A DNA stretch of 63,993 bases, the filler included, from Octopus bimaculoides (lineage: Eukaryota), in NCBI RefSeq assembly GCF_001194135.2. It is 12 parts of 12 records of this genome, joined end to end, with 100 filler letters (N's around TTAATTAATTAA, not from the genome) between each part and the next. Parts side by side here need not be neighbours in the genome. Positions count along the whole stretch, not along the records: positions 1 to 4,395 come from NW_026414537.1; positions 4,496 to 8,276 come from NC_069007.1; positions 8,377 to 25,171 come from NC_068996.1; 9 more parts are not named here. One strand, written 5' to 3'. This document shows, in pieces, positions 1-10,544 of the stretch (the stretch's first letter is position 1; each line of letters starts with the position of its first letter). Position numbers and translations under genes: made by a program. The notes under the pieces are model-generated. The model was not told the DNA's origin. It did not search any database and saw only the letters and a list, made by a program, of their open reading frames with translations.

Positions 1-46
<46 letters not shown>

Positions 47-201
47 ACTTAGCAATTCAAGAAATAGAAAGCAGTAAAATAATAAAATATATAAAACTGA
101 AACAAGTACTAAACATGACTAAAAACATAGGCTGTGTTCCTATGTTTCAATGACTAACGCTATTAGAAGAATTAAAGAACATATACATATGTTTATACAT
201 A

Positions 202-422
202 TACAAGGGATTGCTGAAAAGTTCCTGGCTTTTAGGTAAAGGAAAATACAAAAGGATCAGTTAATTATTTTATTCAATATATACTCTCCTTTCAGTTTCA
301 CACACTTATTGTTGTGGTCCTTCAGTTTTTCTAAGCCCAGTAAAAGAACTTTGAAGGTTGGGCCTCCAACCATGCTTTTTCTGATACCCTTAAAGCCAGG
401 AATTTTTCAGCAACTTCTTGTG
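202..422. mobile_element. Mariner/Tc1-type non-autonomous MITE, copy 1
   Basis: Terminal inverted repeats tacaagggattgctgaaaagttcctggcttt ... aaagccaggaatttttcagcaacttcttgt; no ORF. Confidence 0.75.
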
Positions 423-425
423 TCC

Positions 426-650
426 ACAAGGGGGTGGCTGAAAAGTTCCCGGCTTTGGCCATAAGAAAATACACGAGGATCAGTTAATTATGATTTTATC
501 CAGCATATTCCCCTCTCAGGTTTACGCACTTATCGCAGTGGTCCTTCAGTTTTTCTAAGCCCTGTAAAAGAACTCTGAAGGTTGGGGCCCTCCTATCACA
601 CCTTTCACGATACCCTTAGAGCCAGAAACTTTTCAGCACCCCTTTGAATA
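426..650. mobile_element. Same MITE family, copy 2, directly adjacent
   Basis: TIRs acaagggggtggctgaaaagttcccggcttt ... agagccagaaacttttcagcacccctttg; interior clearly homologous to 202-422. Confidence 0.75.
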
Positions 651-904
651 TATGGAGAAACAATCAAGTAAATGGAATGTTTGTGTGTTTTTAAGTGAAA
701 GAATGACAAAATCCTACCATACAAACATTCCAATCATCTACTTGTTTCACCATGTTCTGATATTACTCATATCTTAAAACTCCATTTTTTTTTCCCATTA
801 TTTTTCATTTTCTTTTTTTTGTAAAATGCTTAATTGTTTTCTCACTTGATTTTCTTTCCCTCTATTTCTGTCTTAACTCTTGTCATGTTATCTTCAATAA
901 TTCC

Positions 905-1056
905 CTAATTGTCATTCTTTTTAAGATTTCTTTCTTTATGGAACTTTCCTTTTTTTCCATTTCCTAATTTTGCTATTGAATCCTCTCCACTATGCATTTC
1001 AGCCCTTCTTTTGTCTTCTTCAAGCTGTACTTGAAATTCAAGAGGAATATAAATAC
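905..1056 (-). CDS. Possible terminal coding exon (G-IYIPLEFQVQLEEDKRRAEMHSGEDS...KKNDN*)
   Basis: Acceptor ttgttactcag, phase 1, 49 open codons to TAG at 907-905. Phase fits the 5431-5559 exon, but an assembly linker lies between them. Confidence 0.3.
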
Positions 1057-1164
1057 CTGAGTAACAAATTCATCATTACACACACACACACACAAACACA
1101 CAGTTGCACACACACACACACACAACGTTATACATACATATATATATACATTATATATAGACTT

Positions 1165-1442
1165 GCACACACACAAAGTTATACATATATATATTATATA
1201 CACACACACATTTTGTATATGCAGGTGTGTGTGTATACTTGTATGTTTACTTGTATATAATAAATGTGTATATTTTGATAACATTGCATATATTATACAT
1301 ATATTATACACACACACACAAAATTATACATATACATATATATATTATATACACACACACACATTTTGTATATGCAGGTGTGTGTGTATACTCGTATGTT
1401 TACTTGTATATAATAAATGTGTATATTTTGAGAACATTGCAT
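1165..1442. repeat. Tandem duplication of ~153 bp within TA/CA microsatellite
   Basis: ttttgtatatgcaggtgtgtgtgtatact... begins at 1211 and again at 1364. Confidence 0.85.
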
Positions 1443-3064
1443 GCACATGCACACATGCACGCGTGCACAAACATACACATGCATGTGCGCATACACACTC
1501 ACACACACACGTGCACAAAAAATATTTCACATAAATATACAAAACAAACTCGACTTTTGTTTTAAGTAGAATTAAAACTTTGAAAGTGTAAAAATTAAAA
1601 TATTGCTTAATAGATGTAAAATAATGAAATTAAAACGAAATAAAGTCTGGAAAAGTGATTTAGGAAAATAAACCTCAAGCTGTAAAAACAAATAAAAAAA
1701 AATTATACAGTAAAAATGAAAACAAATAAACAGACTGGAAAACATGCATTTTAAAGATGAATATCCACTGAAATGGAAGGAATGGTATTTCATTTTTGGC
1801 TGTGAAGAATTTAAATCAAAGCCACATCAAAGATGTGTTAGCTTAGCACTCTTTCACTAATACTACTACTACTATTACCACTACTACTGCTGCTGCCACA
1901 ACCACCACCACCACCACCACCGATGCCACTGACACCATCACTTCTACTACTTTTGTAGCCATAAGTGTGATGGACATTGCAAGGGCAAATTATGAAAGTT
2001 TGGAAATATGCTGTGCCTGAGAAGACCAGGCAAGCCAAGTGAGACCTAAATCTAAGGCCTCAGCCAGTCCACTTATGCGTACCTTCCTTCATTGGACACT
2101 AAACTCCGCTTGTGAAGACCTGCTGAGGCAAGTGAAATCGAATTCAAATTAAATTCGACGACTGGCACCCATGCCAACGTCGTCTCCTTCATTGGAAACG
2201 AAACTCGGCTTGCGAAGACTTATTGGGGCAAGCGAAANNNNNNNNNNNNNNNNNNNNNNNNNNNNNNNNNNNNNNNNNNNNNNNNNNNNNNNNNNNNNNN
2301 NNNNNNNNNNNNNNNNNNNNNNNNNNNNNNNNNNNNNNNNNNNNNNNNNNNNNNNNNNNNNNNNNNNNNNNNNNNNNNNNNNNNNNNNNNNNNNNNNNNN
2401 NNNNNNNNNNNNNNNNNNNNNNNNNNNNNNNNNNNNNNNNNNNNNNNNNNNNNNNNNNNNNNNNNNNNNNNNNNNNNNNNNNNNNNNNNNNNNNNNNNNN
2501 NNNNNNNNNNNNNNNNNNNNNNNNNNNNNNNNNNNNNNNNNNNNNNNNNNNNNNNNNNNNNNNNNNNNNNNNNNNNNNNNNNNNNNNNNNNNNNNNNNNN
2601 NNNNNNNNNNNNNNNNNNNNNNNNNNNNNNNNNNNNNNNNNNNNNNNNNNNNNNNNNNNNNNNNNNNNNNNNNNNNNNNNNNNNNNNNNNNNNNNNNNNN
2701 NNNNNNNNNNNNNNNNNNNNNNNNNNNNNNNNNNNNNNNNNNNNNNNNNNNNNNNNNNNNNNNNNNNNNNNNNNNNNNNNNNNNNNNNNNNNNNNNNNNN
2801 NNNNNNNNNNNNNNNNNNNNNNNNNNNNNNNNNNNNNNNNNNNNNNNNNNNNNNNNNNNNNNNNNNNNNNNNNNNNNNNNNNNNNNNNNNNNNNNNNNNN
2901 NNNNNNNNNNNNNNNNNNNNNNNNNNNNNNNNNNNNNNNNNNNNNNNNNNNNNNNNNNNNNNNNNNNNNNNNNNNNNNNNNNNNNNNNNNNNNNNNNNNN
3001 NNNNNNNNNNNNNNNNNNNNNNCAAACACAGACACACAAACGTTTACACACACGTATACATTTA

Positions 3065-3290
3065 TCATCATCATCATCATCGTCGTCGTTTAACGTCCGC
3101 TTTCCATGCTAGCATAGGTTGGACGATTTGACTGAGGACTGGTGCAACCAGATGACTACACCAGACTCCAATCTGATTTGGTAGAGTTTCTATAGCTGGA
3201 TGCCCTTCCTAACGCCAACCACTCAGAGAGTGTAGTGGGTGCTTTTACGTGCCACTGGCATGAAGGCCAGTCAGGGTACAATCTATCATA
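3065..3290 (-). mobile_element. RTE-type LINE 3' tail ending in (GAT)n
   Basis: Reverse complement of ...ggcgttaggaagggcatccagct...ccaacc-atgctagcatggaaagcggacgttaaacga-gatgat; many copies in window. Confidence 0.85.
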
Positions 3291-3329
3291 GCAGGATCTT
3301 TTGAATTGAGACAAATATATATTTTGCAT

Positions 3330-3717
3330 ATCTTCTATTTGTTTTAGTCATTTCACTGCAGCCATGCTGGGGCACCACCTTGAAGGGTTTTACTTGAACA
3401 AATCAACCCCAGGACTTTTTTTTTAAAGCCTGATACTTATTCTATCTGTCTCTTTTGCCAGACTGCTAAGTTACGAGGATGTAAACACCATCACCGGCTG
3501 TCAAGTGGTGGTGATTATGGGGACAAATAGAGACACAAAGACACACACACACACACATACAAAAAGCTTCTTTCAGTTTCCATCTACCAAATCCACTCAC
3601 AAGTCTTTGGTTGGCTCAAGGCTATAGTAGAAGGCATTTGCCCAAAGTGCCACGCAGTGGGACTGAACCTTGAACCATGTGGTTGAAAAGCAAGCTTCTT
3701 ACCACACAGCCATGCCT
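3330..3717 (-). mobile_element. tRNA-derived SINE (~400 bp), near full length
   Basis: Head rc(ggcatggctgtgtggtaagaagcttgcttttcaaccacatggttcaaggttcagtcccactg) plus the body/tail shared with other copies. Confidence 0.85.
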
Positions 3718-3934
3718 ATTCATTCTTATTTCAGCTATTGGATTGTAGCTTTGGTGGGGCCATTGACTTGAAGTGTTTTAGTCGAACAAATTGACCCCGG
3801 TACTTATTCTATCTTTTTCTCTTTTTGTTGAACTGCTAAGTGTAAAGAAACCAAAACCAATCGCCAGGTGGTGCTTTCAGCAGTGCAAAAATGTAGATGC
3901 ATACACCCATACATACACACATATTCATATCTTT

Positions 3935-4310
3935 TTATCTTTTACTTGCTTCAGTCGTTTGACTGTGGCCATTCTAGGGCATTGCCTTGAAAAATTTTAG
4001 TCAAATGAATCAACACAGGTACTTTTATGTTTTTTTAAGCTTGGTACTTATTCTATCAGCCTCTTTTGCTGAACCACTAAGTTACAGGGAAGTACACACA
4101 TCAATACCAATTGTCAAGTAGTGGTGGAAGACAAACACAGGGAGAAAAGAAAAGGCTTCTTTCAGTTTCCATCTACAAGTCCACTCATAAGGCTTTGGTC
4201 AGCCCTGGGCTAGAATAGAAGACACTTGCCCAAATTGCCTCAAAGTGGGACTGAATCTGGAACCATGTGGCCAGGAAGCAAACTTCTTATACAACACAGC
4301 CACGTCTGCG
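3935..4310 (-). mobile_element. tRNA-derived SINE, same family
   Basis: Colinear similarity to 3330-3717. Confidence 0.85.
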
Positions 4311-4439
4311 CCTCACAGGCTTCCACACAGTTTCTGTCTACCAAACTCACAAGTTCATTAGTCAGCCCTGGGCTAAATGTTTATAAAGTGTGTGTNNNNN
4401 NNNNNNNNNNNNNNNNNNNNNNNNNNNNNNNNNNNNNNN

Positions 4440-4451
4440 TTAATTAATTAA
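4440..4451. other. Artificial six-frame-stop scaffold linker TTAATTAATTAA (also at 8321, 25216, 35546, 41201, 45590, 49347, 54177, 57945, 59675, 61467)
   Basis: Identical 12-mer centred in 100-bp N runs. Confidence 0.95.
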
Positions 4452-4497
4452 NNNNNNNNNNNNNNNNNNNNNNNNNNNNNNNNNNNNNNNNNNNNTA

Positions 4498-4530
<33 letters not shown>

Positions 4531-4544
4531 TAATAATAATAATA

Positions 4545-4721
4545 GTAACATCGATAGGAATGAGAACCCAGGTTCAAAATTTCCCCAAGACACCTGACGA
4601 AGGCTGGAGGGTATATCAGCCGAAACGTTGTGTTAACAACAAACAAGATGAGGACGAATATCCGTCAAATGTAAATAATGTAAATAATGTAAATAATTCC
4701 TCATTTCTTAAATATAGAACT
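4545..4721 (+). mobile_element. Penelope-like pseudo-LTR/terminal repeat carrying a hammerhead motif
   Basis: Follows (AAT)n, contains a hammerhead core and ends in tgtaaataa tandem units. PLE assignment is inferred from the known association of minimal hammerheads with PLEs. Confidence 0.55.
4589..4634 (+). ncRNA. Minimal type I hammerhead ribozyme motif
   Basis: Stem I gacac/gtgtt, CUGACGA (4594-4600), unpaired A, stem II ggctg/cagcc, GAAA (4622-4625), palindromic aacgtt in place of stem III, GUU cleavage triplet (4627-4629). Confidence 0.75.
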
Positions 4722-5241
4722 GAAATATATTTATATATGCCTGTGTGTGTGAGAGGGAGAGAAAGGGGGGGGTGAAAGAAAGAGGAGGAGTGAGAGAAAT
4801 TAAGATGAGATGGGAATAAGACATTATGTGATGTAATTCATTAGCTTGATGCTGTTTCTGCTATAAGATGTAATGCACGCTTATATAAACGCTTGTGTAT
4901 TACATTATAGCGTCATCCGACATTCTAAAGAGAAGTACGATATGTGTGTGCGCGCGCAAAGTGTGTATGTATTGCATATATATATATATAGTATTAGGGA
5001 AAAGAACCAAGGTTTATGAACTCATCGATGAAAATCCACTGTCACATATAGAAAAAAATTATAATTAAAAGTACAATAAATAAGTATAATATAATACAAA
5101 GTAAATATCATAAGATAAAGATAATAAAACGACTACACGTGTTATATATATTTTATACTGTGAAACTTAATTTAATCTTAATTTTTAATAAATTGATTTT
5201 AATTGAGTTTTTACCTGTAATTTTGGATTTTATCCCTAATA

Positions 5242-5287
<46 letters not shown>

Positions 5288-5430
5288 GTATGTATATATA
5301 TATATATATACACACACTCATATAACTAATGGTTGAGCAAGGCAGATAAGAACTACAAACACCTGTAATTATGGCATACCTTATTGTTCATCTATACTCA
5401 AATAAATGGCAACATTCTAGATTATGTTAC

Positions 5431-5559
5431 CATTCAAAGCAAACACGAAGAATTCTGCGAGATGAACGTATACCGAGTCGTTTTCCAAGAAAATATCAGT
5501 CAGTACAAGAGGTTCATAAAACGGACCACGGCGTATTTCTTCGGCATCGGAAAAATGAG
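5431..5559 (-). CDS. Candidate internal exon of unknown gene (HFSDAEEIRRGPFYEPLVLTDIFLENDSVYVHLAEFFVFALN)
   Basis: Acceptor ttttttgctcaatttgcag, donor G|gtaaca, 129 nt phase 1-1, open with G-start-rich codons. An alternative strong donor AAG|gtatgc lies ~50 nt further, after a TAG. Confidence 0.5.
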
Positions 5560-6271
5560 CTGCAAATTGAGCAAAAAATCAAAAACATAATGAATATAAT
5601 TTGATATGAAAGAGAGAAACAAATACAACACAAACGTGGAAAAATTAAGTACAGAAAATTATTTATACATGAGAGTTTATTAAATTACTAATTTTATGAA
5701 AATTACGATAAGTAATAAGTATATTATACATCATATCCAAGCAAAAATAAACTTTAAAATGGCGAGTGAAATTTAATGCTGATATTATAATCTGCTGATA
5801 ATAAATGACAATTATAATGAAATTAACGAGAGATGGACACCATGTTGTATGAAGTTAGTTTCTGGTATTTCTTTATCACCGTAGTTGAAGTAGACCATGG
5901 TTCTTTAGTAAAACGTGATTGTATTTGACATGTTCCAAATCAAGAGGAATTGAAAATTTCATATTTTATTTTAATCGAAAATGATGTATATATTTATCGC
6001 ACACTACGTTGCATACACAAAAAAGACAAACGATAATATATAAATTGGTTAATTATGTACCTTAGAGAATTGATTATTTATAATACATTAAATGATTTAT
6101 AATTCATTATTTACGTAGACTATCATTATTCAGCCATCTTCTATAATAGTATAGTGGCTAGTCATTCTCAGTATATACCAATAGATTATATTACCGGGTT
6201 CAGTGAATAAGTAGCATGGTCAATTCATTGTACTTAAAATACGTCAATGCTTCAGCATTGGCGCAGTCAGG

Positions 6272-6438
6272 CGAGGTGTGGCTGTGTGGTAGGAAGCTTG
6301 CTTTCCGCCTACATGGTTCCGGACTCAGTCCCACAGCGTCGCATCTCAGGGAAGTGTCTTGTAATATCACCTTTTGCTGACCAAAACTTTGTTAGTGGAT
6401 TTGGTAGACGGAAGCTGAACGAAGCCCGTTGCATATAT
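6272..6438 (+). mobile_element. tRNA-derived SINE 5' half
   Basis: gtggctgtgtggtaggaagcttgctttccgcctacatggttccggactcagtccc... same family as 3330-3717. Confidence 0.85.
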
Positions 6439-6962
6439 NNNNNNNNNNNNNNNNNNNNNNNNNNNNNNNNNNNNNNNNNNNNNNNNNNNNNNNNNNNNNN
6501 NNNNNNNNNNNNNNNNNNNNNNNNNNNNNNNNNNNNNNNNNNNNNNNNNNNNNNNNNNNNNNNNNNNNNNNNNNNNNNNNNNNNNNNNNNNNNNNNNNNN
6601 NNNNNNNNNNNNNNNNNNNNNNNNNNNNNNNNNNNNNNNNNNNNNNNNNNNNNNNNNNNNNNNNNNNNNNNNNNNNNNNNNNNNNNNNNNNNNNNNNNNN
6701 NNNNNNNNNNNNNNNNNNNNNNNNNNNNNNNNNNNNNNNNNNNNNNNNNNNNNNNNNNNNNNNNNNNNNNNNNNNNNNNNNNNNNNNNNNNNNNNNNNNN
6801 NNNNNNNNNNNNNNNNNNNNNNNNNNNNNNNNNNNNNNNNNNNNNNNNNNNNNNNNNNNNNNNNNNNNNNNNNNNNNNNNNNNNNNNNNNNNNNNNNNNN
6901 NNNNNNNNNNNNNNNNNNNNNNNNNNNNNNNNNNNNNNNNNNNNNNNNNNNNNNNNNNNNNN

Positions 6963-7005
<43 letters not shown>

Positions 7006-7141
7006 ATATATATGCATATATATATATGTGTGTGTGCGTGTACTTTTATACTCCTATCATTGACCACCAAGAGTGATAGTAAAATAAAGTCACATGTGAT
7101 TTAAATGGAAAAGAAGAGAGAACATGTAAGGAGTCACTTAC

Positions 7142-7189
7142 TTCCGGTAAACGGTTGTACGGCGAGGTGAGAGTCATCAGTAGTTGACT
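7142..7189 (-). CDS. Candidate 48-nt exon (phase 1: STTDDSHLAVQPFTG)
   Basis: Near-consensus acceptor ttctctcatcctttgcag and donor GAA|gtaagt; symmetric phase 1 fits the 5431-5559 exon. Confidence 0.55.
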
Positions 7190-7807
7190 CTGCAAAGGAT
7201 GAGAGAAACCCAAGATTAATAGCAATGCAAGTTAAGTTTGAAGGTATATATATAGAAATATATTTCGAATATTTCTGTATACAACAATTATGCGTGCTTG
7301 TATGTGTGTGAGAGGGAGAGTGTGGTTGAAAGAAAGAGAGTGAGTGAGAGAGAGAGGAAGAGTGAAAGAGAGAGAGGGGGTGTATGTAGTGTATGTATGG
7401 AAGAACAATGATGTTTATCAGAACTAAGCGTCAGTGTATCTTGGCACAAACATCGCTGAGGTATGCACAGTAACTGTTGCAGAGAACATGTCTGAAAAGA
7501 TACAATATAATAATTATTAGCCCACCAATACAAACAAATACATATATACCTACATACATACAAGCATGTCCTGATATGCAAGTATATTCATGAGAACACA
7601 TACATAAAACATACAAACCTGCACATGCATATATACATACATACATACGTACGTACATACATACATACATACATACAAAAATGTTGATGCTGAAATTCCA
7701 ACGAATGAGCCTTGGATCTCGGTTACAAACCAGTTCTTACTCTATTGGCAAGAAATCTTGAAATAAGCTGAATAATGATAGACATACATACATACGTACA
7801 GACATAC

Positions 7808-7867
7808 TGGCATTTTGTGAAGCATTCGCTTCATGGTTCTCTGAATGAGTCTGAGTTTCAGAGTGCA
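7808..7867 (-). CDS. Candidate 60-nt exon (phase 1: HSETQTHSENHEANASQNA)
   Basis: Acceptor cccttcctcttcag, donor CCA|gtatgt; symmetric. Confidence 0.4.
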
Positions 7868-8001
7868 CTGAAGAGGAAGGGCATATCTCCCATTACAGAA
7901 CTTCAGAAAAGGGGACTAAGTAGGTTCTTCATAAGCTCTATCTACGTCCTGTACATGTGAGAGGATTATGAGACACGAAAGACACCAATCCAAGAGAGAA
8001 C

Positions 8002-8275
8002 CTACAAAAATCGATCAACGCAACAGCCTGCTCGTGAAATTAACGTGCAAGTGGCTGAGCACTCCACAGACACGTGTATCCTTAACGTAGTTCTCGGGGG
8101 GGGATATTCAGCATGACACAGTGTGTCACAAGGCTGACCCTTTGAATTACAGGCACAACAGAAACAGGAAGAAAGAGTGAGAGAAAGTTGTGGTGAGAGA
8201 GCACAGCAGGGTTCGCTAGCGCTTCCAGCCGAAGCTTCGTGTGGCTTTAAAGGTTTTCGCTCGGTAAACACCCAC
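8002..8275 (-). mobile_element. Second tRNA-SINE family copy
   Basis: Homologous to 16478-16851 (+) and 37005-37330 (-): ...gagcactccacagacacgtg...tgacacagtgtgtcacaaggctgaccctttgaa... Confidence 0.75.
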
Positions 8276-8714
8276 ANNNNNNNNNNNNNNNNNNNNNNNN
8301 NNNNNNNNNNNNNNNNNNNNTTAATTAATTAANNNNNNNNNNNNNNNNNNNNNNNNNNNNNNNNNNNNNNNNNNNNAAAAACAACAAAAGTCTTAAAATT
8401 CCCGTACACACACACATATCTTGCATTATATATACAGATAAATACGGATAAATGATTTAAAATAAATATATTTTGGAAATGGCGATTTACGGTACAATAC
8501 CTAGAAACGTGAAAATCAGATCACATGGGTTTGTTTACATCAATTCGGCAGTTTCTGTAAAAAGTGTTGGGTTAGGGAAGTGGGAAAGAACGCGAAAGAG
8601 ACAGAGAGAGTGTCTCCCTCTCTATCTCTCTCCATCCCTTACACACATGCCAGTTATCTTTCACCTTCTCTCTTTCTCCCTCCCTTGCACACATGCTAGT
8701 TATCTCTCACCTTC

Positions 8715-8967
8715 TCTCTCTCCCTCCCTTACACACATGCCAGTTATCTCTCTTTCTTTCTTTCTTTCTCTCTTTCTCTGTCTCACACACACAGCAACAT
8801 TACACACACACACATGCCGCTCTCTCACACTAACAAAAGAACTTCACATACACACCACACTTTCTGTCTCGCATACTCACTATAAAAAGATAGGATCTAT
8901 TTCTTTTTGGCAACATGTGTTTTGTGTGTAATGTTGCTGTGTGTGAGAGAAGGAGAGAGAGAGAGAG

Positions 8968-9016
<49 letters not shown>

Positions 9017-9048
9017 ACTGGCATGTGCGTGTAAGGGAGGGAGAGAGA
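8715..9048. repeat. Inverted repeat / hairpin
   Basis: ccctcccttacacacatgccagttatct...cacagcaacattacacaca pairs with tgtgtaatgttgctgtg...agataactggcatgtgcgtgtaagggaggg; ~95-nt spacer. Confidence 0.8.
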
Positions 9049-9690
9049 GAGAAGGTATTTTTTCTTTTTGCTTGTTTGCTGCTTGCCACACAACTGTTAA
9101 GAAATTTCGCCCTCTTCCACTTTTTCACTTTTTATTTACTTTTTTTTTGTTAGACGCTGGCAAACAAAATGTATCTTTCCTTCACACTCCCTCTCACAAA
9201 CATACAATTTCTCTCTCTCTCCTTCAGGCTCAAACTTAGAAACTGGTAAAAGTTATGGTTGAAAATCAATTTTTACAGCTATATGCGGGTGCCTCTGAGA
9301 GAAAAAGTTGACGAAAATGCAGATAGGGTCATGACGAATATCCTCCTAAAATTGGAGAGACATGCGTGCTAATTTGTGGACGTGCATAAACTACATTCAC
9401 GTACACACACACACGCACACGTCTTGCCTTATATATNNNNNNNNNNACACACACACGCACACGTCTTGCCTTATATATATATATATATATATATATACGG
9501 ATATATACACACATATATGCATACATACACATAGACATATAATTATCTCAAAAAACACATTCACACATATATGTATATTTGGCATTAGAAATCAGACTGG
9601 TGCGCTCTGCAGCTTGCCAGTTCCAGTGAAGCCATATAACCCAAGCCAGCATGGAAAGTGGACATTAAATGATGATGATGATGATTTTAT

Positions 9691-9733
<43 letters not shown>

Positions 9734-10544
9734 GCATCATCATATGTCTGTTGTCCATGCTGGCATGGGTTGGACAGTTTGACCAGGGCTGGCAAGCAGG
9801 AAGGCTCCACCAGACACCAGTCTGCTTTGAAATGGTTTCTATGGTTGGATGCTCTTCCTAATGCCAACTACTCCAAGAGTGTAATGAGTGCTTTTACATT
9901 CCACTTGTGTGACACTGGGATCTGCCATGACTGTAATTTTACTTGGCTTGATAGGTCTTCTTCTCAAGCACAGCATAATGCCAAATAGACTCAGTCATTG
10001 CCTCCGTGAGGCTCAATGTTCGAAACCTGGCATAATGCTAAATGGTCTCGGCCCTTACCTCCATGAGGCCCAATGCTCAAAAGGTGCTTTTATGTGCCAC
10101 TGGCACAGGTGCCATTTGCATGACACTAGTATCTGACACAATTGCAATATTTATATACAGGCATGGATGTAAACATACAGCCAGTTCCAAAGGTTTAAAA
10201 GTAAACATTTCTGTTAGATTGCACCTGCCAAAGGGATTATTAAAAGCAATTTTAGTGAATCATATATAATAAATATTATCTAATATCAGAATATGGTTGA
10301 ATACATTATATATTACAAAAGGAAAAACCAAATTATGGTCATTATTGCACAGGAAAGTAGTCAATCACATTTTATTAGTGTAGGTTTAATGAGTTATTTT
10401 AAGATTTGGTATAGATAGTATTCTTTTCCTTTTATTCTTTTACTGGTTTCAGCACTGTGGCCATGCTTAGAACACCACCTCTTAGTACTGTTTTTGGTGA
10501 AGAAATGAATTGGACAAAGTTGCTCTTCTTTGTGCCTCTTGTTG

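Noticed and set aside
2149-3131. Long ORFs in the track (also at 6.2-7.1, 22, 36, 43-44, 46-49 and 61-62 kb)
   Set aside because: They are open only because they cross N runs
5371-5604. Plus-strand ORFs of 77 and 68 aa
   Set aside because: Better explained as the antisense shadow of the minus-strand exon, which has splice signals
6272-6345. tRNA genes
   Set aside because: tRNA-like heads continue into SINE bodies and lack a full cloverleaf
7741-7767. 27-nt exon with good splice sites
   Set aside because: Only 40 nt from the 7808 exon (too short an intron) and has a TAG in phase 1; could at most be an alternative exon
8501-8554. 54-nt minus-strand exon-like segment
   Set aside because: Stops in all three frames, and separated from the candidate gene by a linker
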